A DNA stretch of 64,000 nucleotides from Burkholderiales bacterium (lineage in GTDB: Bacteria; Pseudomonadota; Gammaproteobacteria; Burkholderiales; SG8-39). Shown in pieces: positions 39,759 through 49,144 of the stretch (its first letter is position 1; each line of letters begins with the position of its first letter). The notes under the pieces were generated by a model. It had not been told where the DNA came from, did not search any database, and worked only from the letters and a program-made list of their open reading frames with translations. The position numbers were made by a program, and so were the translations under genes. The stretch is from assembly GCA_050246035.1 (NCBI GenBank), contig JBFWWT010000002.1, positions 38,980-102,979 on the forward strand. Direction: 5' to 3'.

Positions 39759-40367
39759 ATGCAACGCCTGCAGTCCCGGCTGCACCGCTTGGTGCTGGCC
39801 ATCGACCAGCTCAGCAAGACGGTGGGCCACGCCTTCGCGTGGTGCATCGCCGTCCTCATGTTCGGCACCTGCTTCGAGGTTCTGGTCCGCTATGTCCTGA
39901 ACGACCCCACGAGCTGGGCGTTCGACATGAGCTACCTCATGTACGCCGGCGTGTTCTACATGGCCGGCGCCTACGCGCTGTCGCGCGCCGCCCACGTGCG
40001 GGCCGACATGTTCTACCGGTTATGGCGCCCTCGCACGCAGGCCGCCGTGGAGCTCGCGCTGTACCTCGTGTTCTTCTTTCCCGGCGTGCTCGCCCTGGTG
40101 ATCGCCGGCTGGGGCTACGGCGCGGAGGCGGTGCGCATTGGCGAGGTGAGCGTGAACAGTCCCGCCGGCGTGCCGATCTGGCCGCTGAAGATGATGATCC
40201 CGGTGGGCGCCGGGCTGCTCGCGCTGCAGGGCCTGGCCGAGGTGCTGCGCTGCCTGCTGTGCCTGCGCGAGGGCCGCTGGCCGCCGCGCCTGCACGACGT
40301 CGAGGAGCTGGAGAACCAGATCCTGAAGAAGGCCGCCGCGGGACGCGACGGCGAGGAGGCCGCATGA
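39759..40367 (+). CDS. TRAP transporter small permease subunit (DctQ-like)
   Basis: 202 aa with four hydrophobic helices. GGGAG-type RBS upstream. ATGA-coupled to the DctM gene. Confidence 0.8.
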   Translation: MQRLQSRLHRLVLAIDQLSKTVGHAFAWCIAVLMFGTCFEVLVRYVLNDPTSWAFDMSYLMYAGVFYMAGAYALSRAAHVRADMFYRLWRPRTQAAVELALYLVFFFPGVLALVIAGWGYGAEAVRIGEVSVNSPAGVPIWPLKMMIPVGAGLLALQGLAEVLRCLLCLREGRWPPRLHDVEELENQILKKAAAGRDGEEAA

Positions 40368-41707
40368 GCGATCCGATTATCGCGCTCGTCATGCTGGGCA
40401 TCCTGGTCGGCACGATCATGATCGGATTTCCGGTCGCCTTCACGCTGATGGCGCTCGGCGTCGGCTTCGGCTACTACGCCTACTGGCAGCCCGAGCAGGC
40501 TTTCTTCGACAACCGGGTGTTCTACCTGCTCACGCAGAACACCTTCACCGTGATGAACAACGACGCGCTCGTGTCCATTCCGCTCTTCCTGCTCATGGGG
40601 TACATGGTGGAGCGCGCCAACATTCTCGACAACCTGTTCGGCAGCCTTCAGGTCGCGTTGCGGCGGGTACCGGGTTCGCTCGCGGTGGCAACGCTCGCCA
40701 CCTGCGCGCTGTTCGCCACCGCCACCGGCATCGTCGGCGCAGTGGTGACGCTGATGGGTCTGCTCGCCTTCCCGCAGATGCTGAAGGCGGGTTACGACGT
40801 GCGCGTGGCCGCCGGCGTCGTGTGCGCGGGCGGATGCCTCGGCATCCTCATTCCGCCCTCGATCATGCTCATCGTCTACGGGGCGCAGGCGGGCATCTCG
40901 GTGGTCAAGCTCTACTCCGCCGCCCTGCTGCCGGGGTTCCTGCTGGCGGGCCTGTACATCGTGTACGTGATCGGCCTTGCGGTGCTGAAGCCGGCGACGG
41001 CGCCTGCGCTGCCCCGCGAGAGGAGCGAAGTGGGCTACGGCGCGCTTCTTGCCATGCTCGCGCGCTCGTTCCTGCCGCTCGCCCTGCTCATCCTGTCGGT
41101 GCTCGGCGCGATCATGTTCGGGCTGGCGACGCCCACCGAAGCGGCCGCGGTGGGCGCTTTCGGCGCCGTAGTGCTGGCGGCCGCCTACCGCTCGCTCACC
41201 TGGCAGGGCGTGCGCGAAGCGGTGTTCCTCACCGCGCGCACCTCCGCGATGGTGTGCTGGCTGTTCGTCGGCTCCGCCACCTTCGCCTCGATCTTCGCCT
41301 ACCTGGGCGGGGAAGGGCTGATCAAGCAGGCAGTCCTCGGCATGGATCTCAGCCCGGTCGCCTTCCTGCTGCTGTCTCAGGTGATCATCTTCCTGCTCGG
41401 CTGGCCGCTGGAATGGACCGAGATCATCATCATTTTCGTGCCCATCTTCCTGCCCATGCTCGGGCATTTCCAGATCGACCCGCTGCTCTTCGGCGTGCTG
41501 GTGGCGCTCAACCTGCAGACCGCGTTCCTCTCGCCACCCATGGCGATGGCCGCGTACTACCTGAAGGGCGTCGCGCCGCGGCAGGTCCTCCTGACCCAGA
41601 TCTTCGGCGGCTGTCTGCCGTTCCTCGCCATCGTCATCGTCTGCATGGTGGTCGTCTACCTGTTCCCGCAGGTCGTGCTGTGGCTGCCTCAAGCGCTCTA
41701 CGGATAA
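40364..41707 (+). CDS. TRAP transporter large permease subunit (DctM-like)
   Basis: Start at MSDPIIALVMLGILVGTIMIGFPVAF. About 447 aa, a polytopic protein with a typical DctM sequence. Confidence 0.9.
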   Translation: MSDPIIALVMLGILVGTIMIGFPVAFTLMALGVGFGYYAYWQPEQAFFDNRVFYLLTQNTFTVMNNDALVSIPLFLLMGYMVERANILDNLFGSLQVALRRVPGSLAVATLATCALFATATGIVGAVVTLMGLLAFPQMLKAGYDVRVAAGVVCAGGCLGILIPPSIMLIVYGAQAGISVVKLYSAALLPGFLLAGLYIVYVIGLAVLKPATAPALPRERSEVGYGALLAMLARSFLPLALLILSVLGAIMFGLATPTEAAAVGAFGAVVLAAAYRSLTWQGVREAVFLTARTSAMVCWLFVGSATFASIFAYLGGEGLIKQAVLGMDLSPVAFLLLSQVIIFLLGWPLEWTEIIIIFVPIFLPMLGHFQIDPLLFGVLVALNLQTAFLSPPMAMAAYYLKGVAPRQVLLTQIFGGCLPFLAIVIVCMVVVYLFPQVVLWLPQALYG

Positions 41708-41731
41708 CCCTCGAAAAGGAACCCTCAGATC

Positions 41732-42721
41732 ATGGAAAGCCTCGGTACCGCCGTCGTCGTCTTCCTCGTCAGTGCCGCCTGCGTGGTGACCGCCGGCATC
41801 GGCCTCGCTCGCTACGGCGACGACCTCGCCGAAAGCACCGGCTGGGGAAAGCTCTGGGTCGGCACGCTGCTCGTCGGCATTGCGACCTCCCTGCCCGAGG
41901 TCACGGTGAATATCTCGGCGGTATGGCTGGAGAAGAGCCCAGGGCTCGCGCTCGGCAACGTCTTCGGCGCGGACATGATGAACGTGTTCGTGCTCGGCTG
42001 CGTGGCGCTCGCTTTCGGCGTGGGCAATCTCTTCGGCGGGCAGGGGCGCGACACCGAGCTCCTCATTCTGCTCGGGCTGCTGCTGGTGGCGCTCGCGCTC
42101 GCCTTCGGCGTGATCGGCGACGTGAAGCTGGGCCCGACGAGCCTGGGCACGCTGCTCATCCTCGCCGCGTACCTCGTGGGCATGCGCAGGGTCTACAAGG
42201 CAGGGCAGACGCACATGCACCTCGAGGATGTGCCCGCGCCCACCGGGAGCGCGCGCAAGGCCTGGATCGGCTTCCTCGTGTCGGTGGCGGTGGTCATCTT
42301 CGCCGGGCGCTACCTCGCTTCCAGCGCGGACGCGATAGCCGAGGCCTCGGGCATCAGCGCGAGCTTCATCGGCGTGCTGCTCGTGTCGATCGTGACCACG
42401 CTGCCGGAAGGCTCGGTGACCGTGGCGGCCACGCTGCGCCGCTCCTACGGCATCGCCATGGGTAACGTCTTCGGCAGCAACGCGTTCAACGTCACCATCC
42501 TGTTCTTCTCCGACCTGTTCAGCCCTGTGCCGTTGCTGACCCAGATGCAGGCGGCGCACTATGCGGCGGCGCTCGGGGCGCTCGCCCTGATGGCGCTGGG
42601 ATACCTCGTGTGGAAGGGAGTGCAGCGGCCCGCGCTGGGCTGGGCGCGCGCGCTGGCGCCGGCGATCCCGGCGGTCTACCTGGGCGCGCTCTACGCGGTC
42701 TACTCGCTCGCGCACGCCTGA
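41732..42721 (+). CDS. Sodium/calcium exchanger (CaCA) family membrane protein
   Basis: 329 aa. Two alpha-repeat motifs: GTLLVGIATSLPE...GNVFGADMMN and LLVSIVTTLPE...GNVFGSNAFN. Confidence 0.8.
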   Translation: MESLGTAVVVFLVSAACVVTAGIGLARYGDDLAESTGWGKLWVGTLLVGIATSLPEVTVNISAVWLEKSPGLALGNVFGADMMNVFVLGCVALAFGVGNLFGGQGRDTELLILLGLLLVALALAFGVIGDVKLGPTSLGTLLILAAYLVGMRRVYKAGQTHMHLEDVPAPTGSARKAWIGFLVSVAVVIFAGRYLASSADAIAEASGISASFIGVLLVSIVTTLPEGSVTVAATLRRSYGIAMGNVFGSNAFNVTILFFSDLFSPVPLLTQMQAAHYAAALGALALMALGYLVWKGVQRPALGWARALAPAIPAVYLGALYAVYSLAHA

Positions 42722-42785
42722 GCGCCTTCGTCACCGCCGGGCGGCGGCACGGCCCTCGGGCCTTGATAAGATTGCGCCCTCGCCC

Positions 42786-43541
42786 ATGGCAGACGACATC
42801 ATCCTCGAGACGCGCGGCCTGACGAAGGAGTTCAAGGGCTTCGTCGCCGTGAACAACGTGGACCTGCGCGTGCGCCGCGGCACGATCCACGCGCTCATCG
42901 GCCCGAACGGCGCGGGCAAGACGACCTGCTTCAACCTGCTCACGCACTTTCTCACCCCGACGCGCGGCCGGATCCTCTACAACGGCCGCGACATCACCGG
43001 CTCCCGACCGGCCGCGATCGCGCGCACGGGGCTGGTGCGCTCGTTCCAGATCTCGGCCGTGTTCCCGCACCTGACGGTGCTGGAGAACGTGCGCATCGCG
43101 CTGCAGCGCAAGCGCGGCGGCTCCTTCGACTTCTGGCGCACCGAGCGCGTGCTGGATAACCTGAACGCCCGCGCGCTCGAGTTGATCGAGGCGGTCGGCC
43201 TGGGCGAGTTCGCCGGCGTGACCGCCGTCGAGCTGCCGTACGGCCGCAAGCGCGCGCTCGAGATCGCGACCACGCTCGCGCTCGACCCGGAGATGATGCT
43301 GCTCGATGAGCCGACCGCCGGCATGACGCACGAGGACGTCGAGCGCATTTCCGCGCTGGTGCGCAAGGTGGCCGCCAACCGCACGGTGCTCATGGTCGAG
43401 CACAACCTCTCGGTCGTCGCGAGCCTGTCCGACACCATCACCGTATTGCAGCGCGGGGAGATCCTCGCCGAGGGCGACTACGCGGCGGTCTCGAAGAACC
43501 CGCAGGTGATCGAGGCCTACATGGGATCCGGGCATGGCTGA
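42786..43541 (+). CDS. Branched-chain amino acid-type ABC transporter ATP-binding protein (LivG-like)
   Basis: Walker A GPNGAGKTT. LivG-type length and C-terminus (VIEAYMG). Confidence 0.9.
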   Translation: MADDIILETRGLTKEFKGFVAVNNVDLRVRRGTIHALIGPNGAGKTTCFNLLTHFLTPTRGRILYNGRDITGSRPAAIARTGLVRSFQISAVFPHLTVLENVRIALQRKRGGSFDFWRTERVLDNLNARALELIEAVGLGEFAGVTAVELPYGRKRALEIATTLALDPEMMLLDEPTAGMTHEDVERISALVRKVAANRTVLMVEHNLSVVASLSDTITVLQRGEILAEGDYAAVSKNPQVIEAYMGSGHG

Positions 43542-44241
43542 GGCGCCGCTGCTGCGCGTGGACGGGCTGCACGCCTGGTACGGCGAGTCGCACATCCTGC
43601 ACGGCGTAGCGCTGGAAGTCCGGAGCGGGGAGGTGGTGACCCTGCTCGGGCGCAACGGGGCGGGCAAGACCACGACGCTCAAGTCGGTCATGGGCATGGT
43701 CGGCCGGCGCGAGGGCGCGATCGAGTTCGAGGGCCGGCCGATCGGCGCGCTGCCCTCGCACGCGGTGGCCCGCCGCGGCATCGCCTTCTGCCCGGAGGAG
43801 CGCGGCATCTTCGCGAGCCTCGACGTCCGCGAGAACCTGCTGCTGCCGCCGCGGGTGCGCGAGGGCGGCATGAGCGAGGCGCAGATCTTCGAGCTGTTCC
43901 CCAACCTGCGCGAGCGCCAGTCGAGCCAGGGTACGAAGCTCTCCGGCGGCGAGCAGCAGATGCTCGCCATCGGGCGCATCCTGCGCACGGGCGCGCGGCT
44001 CCTGCTGCTCGACGAGCCCACGGAGGGCCTCGCCCCGGTGATCGTGCAGCACATCGGGCGCACGCTCGCGCGCCTCAAGCAGGAGGGCTACACCATCCTG
44101 CTCGTGGAGCAGAACTTCCGCTTCGCGCAGACGGTGGCCGACCGCCATTACGTCATGGAGCACGGGCGCGTGGTGGACATGATTCCGAACTCCGGGCTCG
44201 AGGCCGCGATGCCGCGGCTGCACGGGTACCTGGGCGTATGA
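43534..44241 (+). CDS. Branched-chain amino acid-type ABC transporter ATP-binding protein (LivF-like)
   Basis: Walker A GRNGAGKTT and signature LSGGEQQML. Confidence 0.9.
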   Translation: MAEAPLLRVDGLHAWYGESHILHGVALEVRSGEVVTLLGRNGAGKTTTLKSVMGMVGRREGAIEFEGRPIGALPSHAVARRGIAFCPEERGIFASLDVRENLLLPPRVREGGMSEAQIFELFPNLRERQSSQGTKLSGGEQQMLAIGRILRTGARLLLLDEPTEGLAPVIVQHIGRTLARLKQEGYTILLVEQNFRFAQTVADRHYVMEHGRVVDMIPNSGLEAAMPRLHGYLGV

Positions 44242-44269
44242 ACGCAACCCATTTTTCACAGGAGGCAAC

Positions 44270-45478
44270 ATGAAGCTGAAGCAAACGCTCGTCGCGGCGG
44301 CCGCCGCCGCGCTGGCCGGCACCGCGCAGGCCCAGATTTCCGGCGGCGTGATCAAGATCGGAGTCATGAACGACATGTCCGGCCTGTACGCGGACCTCAC
44401 CGGGCCCGGCTCGGTGGTGGCCGCGCGCCTGGCGGTCGAGGACTTCGGCGCCGCGAAGAAGGGCATGAAGGTGGAGATCGTCTCCGCCGACCACCAGAAC
44501 AAGCCCGACGTGGGCTCGACGATCGCGCGCACCTGGTACGACACCGACGGCGTGGACGTGATCGTCGACGTGCCGACCTCGTCGGTGGCGCTCGCGGTGA
44601 ACCAGGTCACGCGCGAGAAGGGCAAGGCGTTCCTCGTGTCCGGCGCGGCGACCTCCGACCTCACCGGCAAGGCCTGCTCGCCGAACACCATCCACTGGAC
44701 CTACGACACCTGGATGCTCGCCAACGGCACCGGCAGCGCGATCGTGAAGACGGGCGGCGATACCTGGTTCTTCCTCACCGCCGACTACGCCTTCGGCCAT
44801 GCGCTGGAGCGGGACACCGAGGCGGTCGTCGTCAAAAACGGCGGCAAGGTGCTCGGCAAGGTGCGCACGCCCTTCCCGGGGAGCGACTTCTCGTCGTTCC
44901 TGCTGCAGGCGCAGGCGTCCAAGGCGAAGATCATCGGCCTGGCGAACGCCGGCGGCGACACCATCAACTCCATCAAGCAGGCGTCCGAGTTCGGCATCGT
45001 GCGCGGCGGCCAGAACCTCGCCGGGCTGCTGGTGTTCCTCACCGACATCAAGGCGCTCGGCCTGCAGACCGCGCAGGGCCTGATCTTCACCGAGACCTTC
45101 TACTGGGACCAGAACGACGCCACGCGCGCGTTCGCCAAGCGCTTCTCGGCGCAGGCGCCGCGCAACAACTACCCGACCATGATCCACGCGGGCGTGTACT
45201 CGGCGGTGCTGCACTACCTCAAGGCCATCGAGGCGGCGAAGACCGACGACGGCACGAAGGTGATCGCGCAGATGAAGGCGATGCCGACCGACGATCCGCT
45301 GTTCGGCAAGGGCAGCATCCGCGCCGACGGCCGCAAGCTGCACGACGCGCTGCTCGTCGAGGTGAAGAAGCCGAGCGAGTCCAGGGGCCCGTGGGATCTC
45401 TACAAGATCCGCGCCACGATCCCGGCCTCGCAGGCGTTCCGTCCGATCGCCGAGGGCGGCTGCCCGCTGGTGAAGTAA
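44270..45478 (+). CDS. ABC transporter periplasmic substrate-binding protein (LivK/type I PBP family)
   Basis: Signal peptide MKLKQTLVAAAAAALAGTAQA, AGGAGG RBS upstream, IKIGVMNDMSG start of the mature domain. Confidence 0.9.
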   Translation: MKLKQTLVAAAAAALAGTAQAQISGGVIKIGVMNDMSGLYADLTGPGSVVAARLAVEDFGAAKKGMKVEIVSADHQNKPDVGSTIARTWYDTDGVDVIVDVPTSSVALAVNQVTREKGKAFLVSGAATSDLTGKACSPNTIHWTYDTWMLANGTGSAIVKTGGDTWFFLTADYAFGHALERDTEAVVVKNGGKVLGKVRTPFPGSDFSSFLLQAQASKAKIIGLANAGGDTINSIKQASEFGIVRGGQNLAGLLVFLTDIKALGLQTAQGLIFTETFYWDQNDATRAFAKRFSAQAPRNNYPTMIHAGVYSAVLHYLKAIEAAKTDDGTKVIAQMKAMPTDDPLFGKGSIRADGRKLHDALLVEVKKPSESRGPWDLYKIRATIPASQAFRPIAEGGCPLVK

Positions 45479-45493
45479 GCGGGGGCGGGGAGC

Positions 45494-46381
45494 ATGACCG
45501 AGATCTTCGGCGTCCCGACGCAAGCGCTGTTCGGGCAGCTGCTGATCGGCCTGATCAACGGGTCGTTCTACGCGCTGCTCTCGCTCGGGCTCGCCGTGAT
45601 CTTCGGTCTGCTCAACATCATCAACTTCACGCATGGCGCCCAGTACATGATGGGCGCCTTCGTCGCCTACGTCCTGCTGAACCGCTTCGGCGTGGGCTAC
45701 TGGTGGGCGTTGCTGGTGGCGCCGATCGTGGTCGGCGCCACCGGCATCGTGATCGAGCGCACCATGCTCGCGCGCCTGTACAAGCTCGACCACCTGTACG
45801 GGCTGCTGCTCACCTTCGGCCTGGCGCTCGTCATCCAGGGCCTGTTCCGCCACGAGTACGGCTCGGCGGGGCTGCCCTACCAGATGCCGTCCCAGCTGCA
45901 GGGCGGCCAGAACCTGGGCTTCATGTTTCTGCCTAACTACCGCGCCTGGGTGATCGTCGCCTCGCTCGTCGTCTGCCTGGGCACCTGGTTCGTGATCGAG
46001 CGCACCAAGCTCGGCGCCACGCTGCGCGCGGCCACCGAGAACCCGGCGCTCGTGCAGGCGTTCGGCATCAACGTGCCGCGCATGATCACGCTCACCTACG
46101 GCTTCGGCGTGGCGCTCGCCGCGCTCGCCGGCGTGATGGCGGCGCCCATCTACCAGGTCAGCCCGCAGATGGGGGCGGACCTGATCATCGTCGTGTTCGC
46201 GGTCGTGGTGATCGGCGGCATGGGCTCGATCATGGGCGCCATCGTCACCGGCTTCGCCCTCGGCCTGATCGAGGGCCTCACCAAGGTGTTCTACCCCGAG
46301 GCGTCGAACACGGTGATCTTCATCATCATGGCGATCGTGCTCATGTTCCGGCCCGCGGGGCTGTTCGGGACGGTCCGATGA
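45494..46381 (+). CDS. Branched-chain amino acid-type ABC permease (LivH-like)
   Basis: 295 aa. Motifs INGSFYALLSLGL and INFTHG. Confidence 0.9.
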   Translation: MTEIFGVPTQALFGQLLIGLINGSFYALLSLGLAVIFGLLNIINFTHGAQYMMGAFVAYVLLNRFGVGYWWALLVAPIVVGATGIVIERTMLARLYKLDHLYGLLLTFGLALVIQGLFRHEYGSAGLPYQMPSQLQGGQNLGFMFLPNYRAWVIVASLVVCLGTWFVIERTKLGATLRAATENPALVQAFGINVPRMITLTYGFGVALAALAGVMAAPIYQVSPQMGADLIIVVFAVVVIGGMGSIMGAIVTGFALGLIEGLTKVFYPEASNTVIFIIMAIVLMFRPAGLFGTVR

Positions 46382-47298
46382 GCGCGCAGCGCGTCGCCTT
46401 CGGCCTCATGGTCGCCTTCTTCCTGCTGGCGCCGGCGGTGATCTACCCGGTGTTCCTGATGAAGGTGATGTGCTTCGCGCTCTTTGCCTGCGCTTTCAAC
46501 CTGCTCATCGGCTACGGCGGGCTGCTGTCCTTCGGCCACGCCATGTTCTTCGGCTTCGCGGGCTACGTCTCGGCGCACGCGGCCAAGGTCTGGGGCTTCA
46601 ACCCCGAGTTCGCCATCCTCGCCGCCGTGGCGGCGGCGGCGGTGCTCGGCGCGGCGGCCGGGCTCATCGCCATCCGCCGCCAGGGCATCTACTTCGCGAT
46701 GATCACGCTCGCCCTCGCGCAGATGGTGTTCTTCTTCTGCCTGCAGGCGCCGTTTACCGGCGGCGAGGACGGCATCCAGGCGGTGCCGCGCGGCGTGCTG
46801 TTCGGCCTGTTCGACCTGCGCGAGGTCGCCAACATGTACGGCCTGGTGTTCGCGGTCTTCCTCGGCGGCTTCCTCCTCATCGCCCGCGTGATCCACTCGC
46901 CCTTCGGCCAGGTGCTGAAGGCGATCCGCGAGAACGAGCCGCGCGCCGTGTCCCTCGGCTACGACACCGACCGCTACAAGCTGCTCGCATTCGTGCTCTC
47001 GGCGGCGCTCGCCGGGCTCGCGGGCGGCACCAAGGCGATCGTCTTCCAGCTCGCTTCGCTCACCGATGTGCACTGGACCATGTCGGGCGAGGTGGTGCTG
47101 ATGACGCTGGTCGGCGGCCTGGGCACGGTGTTCGGCCCCGTGGTCGGGGCGCTCGTCATCGTGGCGATGGCCAACTATCTCGCGCAGCTCGGCGCCTGGG
47201 TGACGGTGGTGCAAGGGATCATCTTCGTCGTCTGCGTGCTCACCTTCCGCCGCGGCATCGTCGGCGAGCTGGGGCACTGGCTGAAGAAGCCGCTCTGA
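46378..47298 (+). CDS. Branched-chain amino acid-type ABC permease (LivM-like)
   Basis: 306 aa. Contains GYGGLLSFGHAMFFG. ATGA overlap with the LivH-like gene. Confidence 0.9.
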   Translation: MSAQRVAFGLMVAFFLLAPAVIYPVFLMKVMCFALFACAFNLLIGYGGLLSFGHAMFFGFAGYVSAHAAKVWGFNPEFAILAAVAAAAVLGAAAGLIAIRRQGIYFAMITLALAQMVFFFCLQAPFTGGEDGIQAVPRGVLFGLFDLREVANMYGLVFAVFLGGFLLIARVIHSPFGQVLKAIRENEPRAVSLGYDTDRYKLLAFVLSAALAGLAGGTKAIVFQLASLTDVHWTMSGEVVLMTLVGGLGTVFGPVVGALVIVAMANYLAQLGAWVTVVQGIIFVVCVLTFRRGIVGELGHWLKKPL

Positions 47299-47384
47299 CC
47301 GGGCGGCCGCGCGGCGCGCTGGCGCGAGCGGCGCCCTTTGGCTATGATGCCCGCGGGGTCTTTCGACCCACAGGGAGAACGGAA

Positions 47385-48362
47385 ATGCATCCGATGATGA
47401 GACTGGCGTCGGCCGCGGCAGGCCTGGCGACGGTGGCGCTCGTCCACGCCCAGGGCGCGGACGAGCTGTGGCAGATGACCACGCGCATGGAGATGGAGGG
47501 CATGCAGATGCCCGCCCTGTCGCAGCAGGTGTGCATGAAGAAAGGCGAGACGCAGGCCGAGGGCCTCGGCCAGCAGGATCCGAACTGCAAGGTCACCGAG
47601 CAGCGTCGCACCGGCAACAAGTTCACCTGGAAGGTGGTGTGCACGGGCGAGCGCGCGATGACCGGCACGGGCGAGATGACGCGCAACCGCGACACGCTCG
47701 AAGGCCGCATGCAGATGAAGAGCAAGGACGGCGACATGAAGATCGCCTACGCCGGGAAGCTCGCCGGCACCTGCAACGCGCAGACGCACGAGGACCCGCA
47801 GCAGGCGGCGCTCAAGCGGCAGATGGCGTCCATGCAGGCGCAGAGCAACGCCGAGATCGCGCGGGTGTGCCAGGAGGGCGTGGAGAAGTTCGGCACCGAC
47901 CTGTTCGAGCGGCAGGGCATGCCCTGCGTCGATCGCAAGGGCGCGTACTGCGCGCACGTGAAGAAGACCGGCCAGTCCATGGGCACGCCCGCGGCCTACC
48001 GGGCGGCGATGCAGAAGCAAGGGATGGGCGGGGGTGGATGGGAGCGCGCAGCGCGATTCTGCAGCGTGCCGACGGCGCCGATCGCGGCCGCGGCCTGCAA
48101 GGGCGGGGTCAGCGGGCGCGACTGGGCGTTCGTCGCCGACTACTGCCCGGCGGAGACGAAGAAGCTGGCCGGCGAGCACTGCGCGGGCCGCGACTATACG
48201 AGCGCCATGAGCTCCGAGTACAAGCCGATCTGCGCCAAGTACGCGGGCGCCTTCGCGCAGCCGCAGCGCGCCGCCGCCCAACCGGCCGCGCCCGCCGCGC
48301 CGAGCGCCGCCGACGCGGTGAAGGAAGGCACGCGCGCGCTGAGGAACCTGTTCGGGCGCTAG
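47385..48362 (+). CDS. Secreted protein with a DUF3617-like N-terminal domain and a Cys-rich C-terminal extension
   Basis: AGGGAGA RBS, signal peptide MHPMMRLASAAAGLATVALVHA. The pattern LWQMT...MP...VCM...C.V...G..FTWKVVC.G...G.G resembles DUF3617. About 190 further residues carry paired Cys. Confidence 0.6.
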   Translation: MHPMMRLASAAAGLATVALVHAQGADELWQMTTRMEMEGMQMPALSQQVCMKKGETQAEGLGQQDPNCKVTEQRRTGNKFTWKVVCTGERAMTGTGEMTRNRDTLEGRMQMKSKDGDMKIAYAGKLAGTCNAQTHEDPQQAALKRQMASMQAQSNAEIARVCQEGVEKFGTDLFERQGMPCVDRKGAYCAHVKKTGQSMGTPAAYRAAMQKQGMGGGGWERAARFCSVPTAPIAAAACKGGVSGRDWAFVADYCPAETKKLAGEHCAGRDYTSAMSSEYKPICAKYAGAFAQPQRAAAQPAAPAAPSAADAVKEGTRALRNLFGR

Positions 48363-48367
48363 GCGAG

Positions 48368-49144
48368 GTGCTCGCGCGCGTCGCGCTCGCGGCGCTGCTC
48401 GCATGCGCGTCTGCGGTGCGCGCCGGGGACCCGTTCCCCGGGGTCGCCGCGGCCTACCTGGTGATCGTGGACGGCGCGGTGCGCTGGGAGCACCGCGCCG
48501 ACGCGCCGCGCGCGCCGGCGAGCCTCAGCAAGCTCATGGCGGCGCTGCTGGTCGAGGAGGAGGGCGGCCTGGATGAGTGGGTGACCGTGAGCGCGCGCGC
48601 CGCGCGGGCGCGCGGCGCGCGGCTCGGCCTGCACGCGGGCGACCGGGTCGCGGCGCAGGGCCTGCTCGCGGCGATGCTGGTGGGCTCGGCCAACGACGCC
48701 TGTTACGCGCTCGCGGAGCGAAAGGGCGGCATCGGCGCGTTCGTCGCGCGCATGAACGCGCGCGCCGCCGCGCTCGAGCTGCGCGCCACGCGCTTCGCGG
48801 ACCCTTGCGGCTTCGACGCGCAGGGCCAGCACAGCACGGCGCGCGACCTGGCGCGCCTCGCCCATGCCTTCATGCAGCGGCCGCAGCTTGCGGCGCTCGC
48901 CGCGCGGCGCGAGGTCGAGGTCGCGGACGCGGCCGGGCGCCGGCTGCGCGTGAAGAGCAGCAACGTGCTGCTGGAGCATCTCCCGGGAGCCATCGGCGTG
49001 AAGACCGGCGAGACACGCCGCGCCGGGCGCAACCTGATCGCGCTCGCGGTGCGCGACGGCCGGCGCGTGCTGCTCGTGATGCTGGGCGCGCGCGACCGGT
49101 GGTGGGACGCTCATGCCATCCTGGAACGGGCGCTGGCGCGCTAG
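48368..49144 (+). CDS. D-alanyl-D-alanine carboxypeptidase/endopeptidase (low-MW PBP, S11-like)
   Basis: GTG start and a signal peptide. Motifs SxxK (ASLSKLM), SxN (GSANDA) and KTG (GVKTGET). Confidence 0.8.
   Translation: MLARVALAALLACASAVRAGDPFPGVAAAYLVIVDGAVRWEHRADAPRAPASLSKLMAALLVEEEGGLDEWVTVSARAARARGARLGLHAGDRVAAQGLLAAMLVGSANDACYALAERKGGIGAFVARMNARAAALELRATRFADPCGFDAQGQHSTARDLARLAHAFMQRPQLAALAARREVEVADAAGRRLRVKSSNVLLEHLPGAIGVKTGETRRAGRNLIALAVRDGRRVLLVMLGARDRWWDAHAILERALAR

Noticed and set aside
40115-42715. ORF 40115..42715 (minus, 866 aa), antisense to the TRAP DctM and CaCA genes.
   Set aside because: Its translation is rich in charged, His, Arg and Asp/Glu residues and has no motifs. 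The opposite strand encodes clear polytopic transporters with high GC3.
47299-47384. A GC-rich imperfect inverted repeat after the LivM-like gene (GGGCGGCCGCGCGGCGCGCTGGCGCGAGCGGCGCCCTTTGG), considered as a terminator.
   Set aside because: The stem pairing is imperfect by eye and the T-run is only 3 nt. I cannot compute a folding energy, so it is not reported as a feature.
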